Shown here: piece after piece, positions 27,456 to 40,905 of the stretch
Position numbering within the stretch: position 1 is the stretch's first letter
Layout: the number at the start of each line of letters is the position of its first letter
The notes under the pieces: generated by a model
What the model was told of the DNA's origin: nothing
Database searches by the model: none
What the model saw: only the letters and a program-made list of their open reading frames with translations
From: Eledone cirrhosa
Lineage: Eukaryota
DNA length: 64,000 nucleotides
Direction: 5' to 3'
Assembly: GCA_964016885.1 (NCBI GenBank)
Contig: OZ024765.1
Location: 23,126,001-23,190,000 of the forward strand
Position numbers and translations under genes: made by a program

Positions 27456-27806
27456 ATATATATATATATATGTATATGTATGTATATATATATATATATG
27501 TATACGTATGTATATATATGTATGTATATATATATATATATATATGTATACGTATGTATATATATGTATGTATATATATATATATATATATGTATACGTA
27601 TGTATATATATGTATGTATATATATATATATATATATGTATACGTATGTATATATATATATGTATGTATATATATATATATGTATGTATGTATGTATATA
27701 TATATATATGTATGTATATATATATATATGTATGTATGTATATATATATATATGTATGTATATGTATGTATGTATATGTATATATATATATGTATGTATG
27801 TATATG

Positions 27807-27839
<33 letters not shown>

Positions 27840-27840
27840 A
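22993..27840. repeat. 4.85-kb (TA/TATG)n tract
   Basis: Simple repeat; source of the IYIYMY ORFs. Confidence 0.97.
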
Positions 27841-28552
27841 TACTTTTCCCATCTTGACGTTATAGTCGCATATGTTATAGAATGCCGTTAGCTTCTTGCT
27901 AAAACAATCTCTATACCTCTCATTTATATTTATACTCGGATTCTTTTCCTAGAGTGCTTAAACTATCTGTGACTAATCCCGGTTTTTTTCATAAAAACTG
28001 TGATAATATTGCTATTTTGCTGAACTCCTTTGTAGAGTTTTTTTCAGAATGTATTTGACTGCTATTTCTTGTAAATAAACATTCACTTCCATCCTGACGT
28101 CACTAGCCCCGTTTTTTCCTCATGTGCTTTTTCATAAATACACATGAAGGCGAACTAGCCAGTTTTAGAATTCCCTTTTTCGGATTATATTACTGTGAGA
28201 GCCCTGGTTTTCTGTTGAGCTCTGCTGATGATTGAAATTCCAACCGTGACCATTTCCACTGAAAGTTTTCATGAAATAGTCTTTTAAGACTATACAGAGC
28301 ATTTGATGTTATTCCAAATTGAAGGATAAGTGTTTCAGACTTTATTTTATCATGAGTTAAAGGTCTATAGATTTTCCCTGGATTTTACTAAATTCTGAGG
28401 ATGAATTTATATCCTGATTCTCTTTTGAGATGAGTTTGAGTTATTTTTCCTAAATCTTTCGTTAACTACTTTTCCCATCTTGACGTTATAGTCGCATATG
28501 TTATAGAATGCCGTTAGCTTCTTGCTAAAACAATCTCTATACCTCTCATTTA

Positions 28553-28555
<3 letters not shown>
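27841..28555 (+). mobile_element. Retrozyme-like element: 626-bp monomer with 89-bp terminal redundancy
   Basis: 27841-27929 = 28467-28555. Contains a hammerhead; embedded in (TA)n. Confidence 0.78.
28219..28300 (+). ncRNA. Type I hammerhead ribozyme (stable helix III, enlarged helix II)
   Basis: gctctg-CTGATGA-[t-tgaaa...tttca-t, 41 nt]-GAAA-tagtctt-tt-aagacta-TA-cagagc. Predicted cleavage after 28294. Confidence 0.85.
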
Positions 28556-28593
<38 letters not shown>

Positions 28594-28639
28594 AATAAAT
28601 ACAATATCGGAGAAAGCTTTTTAGCGATACTCCAGCTAG

Positions 28640-29583
<944 letters not shown>

Positions 29584-29626
29584 TATATGAAATATAAGAA
29601 TCAAAGAACTGTTCAAAACATTATTG

Positions 29627-29673
29627 TGCTTACAGCTGTTTCCTCCAAACCGAGGTTTGGATTCTTCGGAGCA
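29627..29673 (-). ncRNA. Hammerhead variant (U4C) in the Penelope-like left arm
   Basis: Reverse complement of 33387-33433. Confidence 0.65.
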
Positions 29674-30932
29674 ATTTATTAATGCATGGACAGTTATATG
29701 ACCTCCTTTTCAGCCGAGAGACATACTGATACATATTCAAACATTGATACATATTCAAACATTGTGGGTCAACATTCATTACAGAATTTAGAGTGGCAGT
29801 ACACACTTCGAGATTACATTTATATTAAGAGGTACAATCAAAAATCAAAAATACAGGTTAAAATACAACATGAAGATAAGCGGTTATATAGTGCAAATGT
29901 TATATGTGTGGCACGCATGTGCGTCTTGTTTATATAGTGTGGCAGAGAGATATGTGTGGTAGAGGCACTTAGGTAGGTAAACAAGAGTGTTAGGTTGGTA
30001 GATCTGGTGGCAAATTCTTTATATGATTGATATAGTCTGTGTGTGGAGAAATATTATAAGCATTAAAAATAGTGCAAGCATTAAAAGTGTTAAAAGTATT
30101 GGAGATGCACAGCGAAGGGATGTCAAGTATTTCATGTACTTCGGCATTTTCATGGTCAGGGGAGTGTATTTTTCAATTATATGCCCTTCACATAATCCAC
30201 GACAATCCAGTTAGAGATCGTAGTCTGGTGTTCTTTAGTTCAATACAGGAGGCTGTTATGTTTCGAGAAACGCCATTGAATACCACCCGGAAGTGTGTGT
30301 GTGGCTAAGGGGAGTTAATGCATGCGGGGAGGTAACTCTGGGGTTTCTATACCTAGCTATTAAAATGTGTCCCAATATAGACCCTAATTTCTATGGTGAT
30401 GCACATCCTCCAAGAGAAATTTTTAAAGCATAAAGTGTATTAACTATAGAGTAGTTTAATTAAGTTATGCTGAAGGTGATCATATTATTATGGTGGATTA
30501 ACCCATCGTAAGGTGCCACAAATGGAAATTATAGATGATGAGCGAGGATTCTAAATTAATGATCTCTGTGGTTGTAGTTTACTCATAGGACCAGGCGCGA
30601 TGATTGCAGGATTGCTTCAGGACCCAATGATCTCTGGTAAGATCTGGGTCATCGCTTGCTACATTGGATGTCAAAAGATAATCATCCCCAGGCCGGCCCG
30701 AGGTCAATCCGCAGTCCTCGCGACCCCTCTCTGACCGTCAGATCATCCATATATGTACAACCCGCACGGCAGTTGCAATGCGTTCACTCACTGCGCTCAG
30801 CAGCCCGGTCCTACTGCTCAACAGCGTTACCAGATTAAATCATTTTTCATCTGTCTAAGGAAGGTGTTTCCTCTGCACAACACTATCCAACCGATCAATT
30901 CATGCTCAAATTACCCTTAGAGCGGTGTAGTG

Positions 30933-31460
30933 TCCTATTGGACACCCCCTTAGAGATAGAGTTTAATATTGATCTAGGGTGATTAGACTTGGTATCTACG
31001 TAAATAAGTTTCTCGTTAGGCTTATGGAAAGGTGTATATATTTTTGAGTCTAGGTATAGTGTGGCGTCTAGGAAGTTAACATTTTTACTGTTTTTGTCCA
31101 TGGTGATACTAAGGTTAAAGTTTTTGAATGTCTTATGCAATTGTTTTCTAGCTCTTTCTATATTAAATTTTTTATATTCTATAAGTAGAAGTGCATCATC
31201 GCGGTACAAACCACCGTTGAGGTAAGGGAGGTCCTTATGGATTTCATTGAGGAGGTATAGGCCGACCAAATCAGTGACCTGCGCCGAGTCACTAGATCCC
31301 ATGGTTATGTCGAAGTTGTTGTGCGTATCCTTGCGTGTCCATAGTTGGTCCTCAAAGGTGATTATGGTTTTACGGGCCGCAAGGATGACATCAACCTGGG
31401 CTCTAGTCAGGTCGCTATTGCTCATGGCCATGATAAGTGCCTTATTTAATAGGATAGGGG
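30933..31460 (-). pseudogene. Penelope-like reverse transcriptase fragment
   Basis: FDITMGSSDSAQVTDLVGLYLL...GGLYRDDAL...VNFLDATL...PFHKPN...YVDTKSNHP. Confidence 0.9.
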
Positions 31461-31482
31461 TGGTTTGTACCGCGATGATGCA

Positions 31483-31942
31483 TTATAACCAGCGGACTAA
31501 CGCACAGGATAATTGTAACTGTAGAGCTAATAGAACCTGCCCTTTAGATAAAAAATGCCTAACCAAGGATATCATATACTCATGCACCGTCACGACTAAC
31601 AACTCTTCAGAAACCTATGTAGGCTCCACTTCTAACTGCTTCAAAATCAGATATAATTCGCACATCCACTCGTTCAAAAAGCACAGCCTAGCAAACTCCA
31701 CCTCACTTTCTAGCTACATACACTATCTAAAATCTAAAAATAAACCATACACACTCAAATGGGAAGTGATAGGCAGCGCGACCTCGTACAAACCACCTAA
31801 TAAATTTTGTAACCTCTGTATACTAGAGACACACAATATTATCTTCTCCAACCGTAACCTACTTAACAAAAAATCTGAGGTGTTTGCAACTTGCCAGCAC
31901 CGCTTCAGACATTCCTTCCAAAACTTTAAGCCCAATATATAG
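31483..31942 (+). pseudogene. Penelope-like GIY-YIG endonuclease fragment
   Basis: CNCR...CPLDKKCL...IIYSCTV...YVGST...FKIRYNSH...CNLCILE...LLNKKSE...CQH, stop at 31942. Confidence 0.9.
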
Positions 31943-33386
31943 CAATGTCGGACTGGAACCTAACACCACATCTAGCATCAAACACCAGAGACACACCTTA
32001 TACTACATACCCAACACTAACTGATCTATTATAACACAAACAACGACATCCCTCTGGAACCCTTTGCAGGGAGAATACCCATTTATACCTCTTCGTCAGG
32101 TGTGACAACATCCACCCACTTGAACGGCACTACACCGCTCTAAGGGTAATTTGAGCATGAATTGATCGGTTGGATGGTGTTGGGCAGAGGAAACACCTTC
32201 CTTAGACAGATGAAAAATGATTTAATCTGGTAACGCTGTTGAGCAGTAGGACCGGGCTGCTGAGCGCAGTGAGTGAATGCATTGCAACTGCCGTGCGGGT
32301 TGTACATATATGGATGATCTGACGGTCAGAGAGGGGTCGCGAGGACTGCGGATTGACCTCTGGCCGGCCCGGGGATGATTATCTTTTGACATCCAATGTA
32401 GCAAGCGATGACCCAGATCTTACCAGAGATCATTGGGTCCTGAAGCAATCCTGCAGTCACCGCGCCTGGTCATATGAGCAGACTACAACCACAGAGATCA
32501 TTAATTTAGAATCCTCGCTCATCATCTATAATTTCCATTTGTAGCACCTTAAGATGGGTTAATCCACCATAATAATATGATCACCTTCAGCATAACTTAA
32601 TTAAACTACTCTATAGTTAATACACTTTATGCTTTAAAAATTTCTCTTGGAGGATGCGCATCACCATAGAAATTAGGGTCTATATTGGGACACATTTTAA
32701 TAGCTAGGTATAGAAACCCCAGAGTTACCTCCCCGCATGCATTAACTCCCCTTAGCCACACACACACTTCCGGGTGGTATTCAATGGCGTTTCTCGAAAC
32801 GTAACAACCTCCTGTATTGAACTAAAGAACACCAGACTACGATCTCTAACTGGATTGTCGTGGATTATGTGAAAGGCATATAATCGAAAAATACACTCCC
32901 CTGACCATGAAAATGCCGAAGTACATGAAATACTTGACATCCCTTCGCTGTGCATCTCCAATACTTTTAACACTTTTAATGCTTGCATTATTTTTAATGC
33001 TTATAATATTTCTCCACACACAGACTATATCAATCATATAAAGAATTTTCCACCAAATCTACCAACCTAACACTCTTGTTTACCTACCTAAGTGCCTCTA
33101 CCACACATATCTCTCTGCCACACTATATAAACAAGACGCACATGCGTGCCACACATATAACATTTGCACTATATAACCGCTTATCTTCATGTTGTATTTT
33201 AACCTGTATTTTTGATTTTTGATTGTACCTCTTAATATAAATGTAATCTCGAAGTGTGTACTGCCACTCTAAATTCTGTAATGAATGTTGACCCACAATG
33301 TTTGAATATGTATCAATGTTTGAATATGTATCGGTATGTCTCTCGGCTGAAAAGGAGGTCATATAACTGTCCATGCATTAATAAAT

Positions 33387-33433
33387 TGCTCCGAAGAATC
33401 CAAACCTCGGTTTGGAGGAAACAGCTGTAAGCA
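33387..33433 (+). ncRNA. Hammerhead variant (U4C) in the Penelope-like right arm
   Basis: tgct-CCGAAGA-a-tccaaacc-tc-ggtttgga-g-GAAA-cagctg-TA-agca; palindromic helix III. Confidence 0.65.
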
Positions 33434-33667
33434 CAATAATGTTTTGAACAGTTCTTTGATTCTTATATTTCATATAACTGCTCTGTAAATCATCTGATGT
33501 TTTTACATTGAGCTACTTAACTTACTGGTAATAAGGTAGTAATACATTACTGCCTACCACTATTTAGGGTGTGTGTAAAATACTTATAACTGCATAAGGT
33601 TTTGTATTTACATAACCATAAATAGTATAACTAATACTGTATGTATATATATATATTTTTTTTTTTT

Positions 33668-34371
33668 AGAAAGGGTCCAACAGATTTCAACATATTAAAA
33701 ACATGTAAAATAATTGTTTCTACTTTAGGCACAAGGCCAGCAAATACCCAGTGTATTACTGGTACTTTATTTTATCGACCCCGCAAGGATGAAAGGCAAA
33801 GTCAACCTCGGCGTTGAAAATCAGAGAGGAAAACAGAGAATTTGAATTTTAGACTGGCATAAATAGGAGCAGTATTTTAAACTGCTATTTATGCCAGTCT
33901 AGAAGTCAAATTCTCCGTTTCCCTCTCGGATTTTCAATTAATATTTTACATATTTTTAATAATATGTCTCATTCTGTTGGACCCTTCTTAAAAACTAACC
34001 TTCTAGTATTATTTTTAATTAATTATTCTAGAACCTTCCTGCATCTTGCTCGCAAACTTTGTAAACACTTTGCTCCTTCTCTCATACCCCTCCCCCCTGC
34101 CTGATCGCAAGTATAAAATAAATCTTGCCGATTACCAAGGACAGAAGTTATCTATATAATCCATCTTACGGGCGATCTGTTGATTTTGAGAATGTAAGCA
34201 ATACTTGTCTTTTCTTTTATCCATAGTCTTCTCAATAAGCAGTGTTTTAAACTCCTTTATGCCAGTCTAAAATTCATATTCTTCGTTTTCCTCTCGGATT
34301 TTCATTATTATTTTACATGTTTTTAATAATATGTCTCAATCTGTTGGACCCTTCCTAAAAACTAACCTTCT
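33668..34371. repeat. About 367-bp monomer with terminal redundancy and an inverted left arm, interrupted by a Meta-SINE piece (about 33708-33813)
   Basis: 33880-34004 resembles 34250-34371. 33668-33710 plus 33815-33872 is a diverged reverse complement. Confidence 0.7.
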
Positions 34372-34562
34372 CCTAAAGTTACCCATTCACCACACACCAC
34401 ACCCCCACACACCACCATTGCTATATGGTCCAATCATAACTCAGCGGCTTTAGTAAGTTCTCTAACAAATCAGTATAGCAAAGCTACCACTCCAGTTACT
34501 ACTCCTTAAGTTTAGACCTGTTTGATGGGTGGACTGCGGAATTTGGAAAGTCTAAGCACTCA

Positions 34563-36005
34563 ATGACCATGTCACAGATAAAGATAAATTCACCTCCCGC
34601 TGCAGGACGAGAATACAAGGACCCCTCTTTATTTCAGACATGGATGACCAACAAAATTCCGTCTCCCACACCCCTCTCTGCCCCTCCAACCCATCCATCC
34701 CACCCTTCCAACTTCAGAGTTGGTACCATGAATGTAGGCACATTGAAAGGTCACTCAAATGAGGTTGTCGAGATGCTTGAACGTAAAGAAGTTGATGTTT
34801 GTTGTGTTCAAGAGATTAGGTGGAGAGGGGGGGGGGGTCTGCCAGATTCATCGTGGGTAAAAAACGATGCTATAAACTTTTCTGGGTGGGAAATGACAAC
34901 AGACAGGGTGGTGTAGGAATTATGTTAGCTGAAAAATGGGTAGATAAGGTAATTGACGTAAATAGAGTGAATGACAGAATAATTGAATTAAGACTAGTTC
35001 TAAATAGAACTACTGTGACAATAATATCTGCTTATGCACCCCAATCTGGTCTACCTGATGTTATAAAGGACAGGTTCTATGAGATGCTAATGCACACTAC
35101 CTCCCAAATAACCGACAGTGACTACTTAATTATTGCTGGCGATCTAAATGGTCACGTTGGACAACATAGTGATGGTTATGATGGAATCCATAGAGGCTAT
35201 GGGTTTGGTACTAGAAATGAGGAAGGCTTCAGAATCCTGGAATTCTGTGATGCAAATACCCTAACTATCTGTAACACAAACTTCAAAAAACGTGAAAACC
35301 ACTTGATCACCTATAGATCAGGGGAACACGCCAGCCAGATAGATTATAGCCTTACTAGAAGACGGGACAAAGTGTCTGTTGTAAACACTAAATGCCTCCC
35401 TCGTGAAGAATGCACCTCCCAACATAGCCTAGTAGTTAGTGACCTCATAGTCAGGAATAGACATACTCGACGACAGAGGAGGACTACCTTGAGGAGAGGA
35501 ATATGGAAGTTGAACGACCCCATGGCCAGTGACAAATTTAAAAGCTTATTACTTGATGCCTTTGACAATAAGGAAGAGCAATTAGAGACGTGCAATAGAG
35601 AGGAACAGTGGCAATCCTTGAAAGTGAACCTGCTGAAAGCAACAGATGAAATCTGTGGCTGGAGCAGATCTATAGGCAGGAGGAGAGTAACTTGGTGGTG
35701 GAACAGTAAGGTGGAAGAGACAATCAAGGCCAAAAAGCAGGCTTGGAAAGTATGGCAGGATGGGGGAAGTAGAGAGCACTATCAAGTGGCCAGGAGAGAA
35801 GCTAGGAGACCAATGTACCTTGCAAAAAGGGTAGCAGAGGATAGAAAGTTCAAGCATGTTCTACGTGAGGTGTTCAGGATTGCTAGACAATGTGTCAAGG
35901 AAAACCGTGATATTGTCGAGGCGAAGTGTGTCCGTAATGATAACGGTGTACTTGCACTCACTGATACTGATAAGAAGATAGCCTGGAAGTGTCACTACGA
36001 GAGAC
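34563..36005 (+). mobile_element. RTE LINE 5' part (APE endonuclease), frameshifted and 3'-truncated
   Basis: VGTMNVGTL...CVQEIRW, SAYAPQ, GDLNGHVG, SQIDY, TWWWN. Frameshift in the poly-G at about 34830. Confidence 0.9.
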
Positions 36006-36576
36006 AGTATTGCAAAGGTATCACAATACAATACAGGTATAAAAGCATATATATATATAATAAAACTGACGGCTGTATGTTTGTAACAAACTTTTTGCCA
36101 AACAGCACCAAATTTGCACCATAGATGTAACTTTTTCCAAGTAAGAAAGTGAGGGTATTTTTGACTTCTAAATTTCGTTAAAAGATTAAGGATATTTTAT
36201 CGTTTATTTAAATATTCACTTCTTTAAAATTTTCAAATGTCACCACTTCCGGTTATACGACATTCTCCTCTCTTTCTTAGTCTGTCTTTTTAGATAGATA
36301 CATAGCTATAACGTCGCGCCCTTATAATATGTCTCTGTATGTCTGACTGTCTGCATTAGATACGTAGCTATAACGTTGCACGCTTATAATATCTGCCTGT
36401 CTTCATGAACTAAAGTATCGTCTTCCTGTTTTCCTTCGGTTGCAATTTTTTTCGAAATATTTACTTCTGCGTTCACAGATGGATTTTTTTAGTTTCAGAA
36501 GATCCCGTTAAGGGTGAAAGCAGCGATTCTTTGCATAAACTTTAATCTGTTATTTTAATATATATATATATATAAT

Positions 36577-36908
36577 GGAGGCACATGGCTTAGTGGTTAG
36601 AGCATTGGCCTTGCAATCGAAAGGTTGTGAGTTCAATTCTCAGACCGGGTGATGTGTTGTTTCCTTGAGCAAGACACTTTATTTCACATAGCTCCAGTTT
36701 ACTCAGCTGTAGAAATGAGATGATAGGGAATGGGGTCCCTATCATTCCACTGCAAAGTGGTCGTGGAGGTGCCATGGCAAAAAAGCACCCAGCACTCACT
36801 GTAAATGAGGTTGGTGTTAGGAAGGGCATCCAGCTGTAGAAATCAAGCCAGAATCAGTTACTGTCCCACCCTTGTAAGCAGGGAAAAGCGGACGTAAAAT
36901 GAAATGAT
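36577..36908 (+). mobile_element. CORE-SINE copy
   Basis: Same family. Confidence 0.9.
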
Positions 36909-36909
36909 A

Positions 36910-38882
36910 GTGGTTTAAGCTCTCTGAACTTTTTCCATCCTGTTCTGACTCTAGCTACTGTTCTTTCAGAGCACCCTCCACCACTGCTGATTTTGTCACC
37001 CAGGTAACGGAAGGTGTCCACTATTTCTATAGAACCATCTGTGCAATGGAATGAGCTAGTATCCTGTGGGCACTTGCTACTACTTATTACACCTGAGCAC
37101 CGGCCACCTATAAAATCTATATTCTTAGTTAGCTTACCTGTGATCCCACTACATCTTTTATGCACCCATACTTTGCATTTGGGACATAAAATGGAGTTTC
37201 TGCCTACTCCTTTCCTACACACTGAGCATGGCCATTTCCCAAAGAGGACCAGTGCCCTATTTTCCTTCCTACATACTAGAACTTTAGTCTTAGACAAGTT
37301 AATTTTAAGGCCTTTTGATTCTAGGCCATGCTTCCAAGTTTGGAATTTCTTCTCTAGTTCAGCCATTGATTCAGCTATGAGCGTTAGATCATCTGCATAT
37401 AGGAGTTCCCATGGGCAGCCAGTCTTGAACTCCTCTGTTATAGCCTGAAGGGCAATAATAAATAGGAAGGGGCTAAGGACAGAGCCCTGATGAACACCAA
37501 CTTTTACGCTAAATACTTCACTATATTCGTTGTTAATTCTAACCTTGCTGACTGTTTCTTTATACATGGCTTGTATAGCTCTCACGAGCCATTCATCAAC
37601 ACCTAGTTTTCTAAGGGCCCACCAGATAATGGAGCAGGGGACTCTGTCAAATGCTTTCTCCAAGTCAACAAAAACTAAGTATAGGGGTTTACTTTTAGCT
37701 AGGTACTTCTCTTGTAGTTGTCATACAATGAAAAGAGCATCTGTGGTACTTTTACCTGACACAAACCCAAACTGCATTTCGTCTAGGTCAATTCGCTCTC
37801 TGATTAGTTGCGCTATAACTTTTTCTGTGACCTTCATGACCTGGTCAATTAATTTAATGCCTCTATAGTTTCCCCTATCTAGGGCATCTCCTTTACCCTT
37901 GTAGCAGTTAATGATGATGATGCTACGCCAGCCATTTGGTATGACCCCATTCTGTATTACTTGGTTTACTATCCGGGTGACCATAGTGTGTACCACCGAG
38001 CCAGATGTTTTCAGCATTTCAGCAACTATCTCCGAAGGCCCGGCCGCCTTACCCGTCTTCATGTCTTTGATCGCCTTACTTATTATATTACCTTCAACTT
38101 GCACTGCTGGTCCCTCTATTGGGTCGATGTGGGGGAGACTGTCTTTCTCCCATTTATTCTCCTCATTTAGAAGCCTTTCGTATTGACACTTCCAAGCTAC
38201 CTTCTTACCAGTGTCGGTGATGGCAATTACACCATCATCATTAAGGACACACTTCTCCCCGACAATATCACGGTTTTCCTTGACACATTGCCTAGCAATC
38301 CTGAACACCTCACGTTTTTGGTCCTCGCGTTGTAGAACATGCTTGAACTTTTTTTCCTCTGCTTCCCTTCTTGCAAGGTACACTTGTCTCCTAGCTTCCC
38401 TCCTGGCCACTTGATAGTGCTATCTACTTCCTCATCCCGCCATACTTTCCAAGCTTGCTTTTTGGCCTTGATTGACTCCTCCACCTTACTGTTCCAGCAC
38501 CACGTTACTCTCCTCCTGCCTATAGGCCTGCTCCAGCCACAGATTCCATCTGTCCCCTTCAGCAGGTTAACTTTCAGGAATTCCCACTGTTCCTCTATAT
38601 TGTACATCTCTAATTGCTCTTCCTTACTGTCAAAAGCATCAAGTAATATGCTTTTAAATTTATGACTGGCTGTGGGGTCCTTTAACTTACATATTCTTCT
38701 TCTGAGGGTAGTCCTCCTCTGTTGTTGAGTACGTCTAGTCCGGACTATGAGGTCACTAACTATGAGGCTATGTTGGGAGGTGCATTCTTCACGGGGGAGG
38801 GATTTAGTGTTTATAATAGACACTTTGTCACGTCTTCTGGTAAGGATATAATTTATCTGACTGGCGTGTTCCCCTGATCTAT
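36910..38882 (-). mobile_element. RTE LINE internal fragment (end of EN through RT), degenerate
   Basis: NYRGIKL, QFGFV, DLEKAFDRV, QGSVLSP, YADD, with stops and frameshifts. Confidence 0.92.
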
Positions 38883-39202
38883 ATTATGTGAGATAATTAT
38901 GCAAGATAAAGCATTTACTGGGAACGTCTTCTCCATTCTGTCTGCCGGGCCGTGGGGCGACCAGCGCGTGGGACCCCATTTGCTCATAATATTGAGAGAT
39001 GGGAAGAGCGAGAGAGACGGAAACAATGACAGTGGAAGTTTGGTTCCTCTGTGTTTGGATCTGGTGTACGTATGTGTGTTTACTTCTATTAGCACCAGTA
39101 ATGCATTGGGGGTAATTGCTGGCCTCGTGCCAAAAGTAAAAATAATTATAATCTTGGCTAATTGTGCCATTTTTTTAAATTTATTTCTACTCAAAAATAA
39201 AT

Positions 39203-39400
39203 AATAATTGTTTCTACTTTTGGCACAAGGCCAGCAATTATTCCAGTTTATTACTGGTACTTTATTTTATCGACCCCGTAAGGATGAAAGGCAAAGTTAA
39301 CCTCGGCGGGATTTGAACTCGACCATAAAGGGCCGTAACTCTTTGCTGCAAAGCATGGAGTCTGACCCTCTACCTATACTGCAAATCCACCACCCTTTGC
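39203..39400 (-). mobile_element. tRNA-derived Meta-domain SINE
   Basis: Minus strand: head ggtggtggatttgcagtataggtagagggtcagac, B box GAGTTCAAATCC, Meta-like gcctttcatccttacggggtcgataaaataaagtaccag. Confidence 0.78.
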
Positions 39401-39478
39401 CAAAATATATAATAATATAAATGCTAAAGGGTTAAGTTACTATCTTAGTAATAATTAATAATTTTAATAAATCAATAT

Positions 39479-39823
39479 GGAGGCACATGGCTTAGTGGTT
39501 AGAGCATTGGCCTTGCAATCAAAAGGTTGTGAGTTCAATTCTCAGACCGGGTGATGTGTTGTTTCCTTGAGCAAGACACTTTATTTCACATTGCTCCAGT
39601 TTACTCAGCTGTAGAAATGAGATGATAGGGACTGGGGTCCCTATCATTCCACTGCAAAGTGGTCGTGGAGGTGCCACGGCAAAAAAGCACCCAGCACTCA
39701 CTGTAAATGAGGTTGGTGTTAGGAAGGGCATCCAGCTGTAGAAATCAAGCCAGAATCAGTTCCCGTCCCACCCTTGCAAGCAGGGAAAGGCGGATGTAAA
39801 ATGAAATGATGAAAATGATGATG
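39479..39823 (+). mobile_element. CORE-SINE copy
   Basis: Same family. Confidence 0.9.
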
Positions 39824-40425
39824 AAATCCCTCAAATTTTTTCCTTAATTAATTAAATTAGTGTATTTTATTAGAAATGTGGTCATGAAAAGGGTCAAGTC
39901 AACTAAAAAAATGTATTGAGAATAATTATTTATTTTAATAAAAATATTCTTTGACAAATTCTTAAAAAATCATCTTTGAGCAGTTCTTTACTGCAATTTC
40001 ATTTCATCCAAGTTGGAAGAATTGAAAAGTAGAGAAGACTTTGGCAGGATTTGAACTCAGAATGTTAAGGGCTGGAACAAATACTGCAGAGCAATTTATA
40101 CATAGTTGACAGCTCGAATCTACCAATTTACTACAGAAGTCTGTAATGAATGGAGAGAACGTGGGGGGAGGGGCAGAATGCAATGGCATCCGAGTGTTTT
40201 CAGCACACTGATTGGCTAATATTTTGACCAATCGACAGCTTAGATGCTAACCTGGAGAGAAAGAGAGAAAGACTCTCTTCCCCTGTGTCTCCTCCATACA
40301 CACAAACATGTGTACGGCAAGTACAAGTACGTGTTTTGGTATATATATGTATATATATTTATATGTGTGTGTGTATATTTATTATATATATATGTATATA
40401 TATATATAATAAATATACACACACA

Positions 40426-40466
<41 letters not shown>

Positions 40467-40549
40467 GAGTGTGTGTGTGTGTATATTTATTATATATATA
40501 TATATATATTTAATTGTAAAAGACTATTTTGAGTTTCTAACTCAATCTA

Positions 40550-40591
<42 letters not shown>

Positions 40592-40620
40592 GTGTGTGTG
40601 TGTGTATATATACACATATA

Positions 40621-40694
40621 CAGGGTGTCCTCAAAAATATATACACACTTTGATTAAAATGCTGGTTGAAGTGTTTATACATTTTCGGACACCC

Positions 40695-40696
<2 letters not shown>
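40621..40696. mobile_element. 76-bp Tc1/mariner-type miniature element
   Basis: TIR cagggtgtcc...ggacaccctg, preceded by TA; ends resemble those of 9348-10216. Confidence 0.65.
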
Positions 40697-40741
<45 letters not shown>

Positions 40742-40905
40742 CACACTCACACATATATTTATATACACACACACCACACTCACATATATATATATATACA
40801 CACACACACACCACACTCACATATATATATATACACACACACACACCACACTCACATATATATATATACACACACACACACCACTCTCACATATATATAT
40901 ATAAT

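Larger units (their letters stand above)
29584..33640. mobile_element. Penelope-like element (Neptune-like), head-to-head rearranged insertion
   Basis: 1349-bp inverted arms (29584-30932 and 32128-33476) enclose an RT fragment (-) and a GIY-YIG fragment (+). A hammerhead-like fold lies near each outer end. Confidence 0.9.

Noticed and set aside
29584-33476. A-to-I editing signature between the inverted arms
   Set aside because: The roughly 21 differences are mixed (A/G in both directions, C/T, transversions), with no directional A-to-G bias.
36048-36560. Second Helitron (tatatataataaaactg start, gtct repeats)
   Set aside because: No TC start and no 3' hairpin-CTAG found; at most a fragment.
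34563-38882. One twin-primed RTE insertion formed by the + and - fragments
   Set aside because: The overlapping homologous parts differ at many sites and by indels, so they are more likely separate copies.
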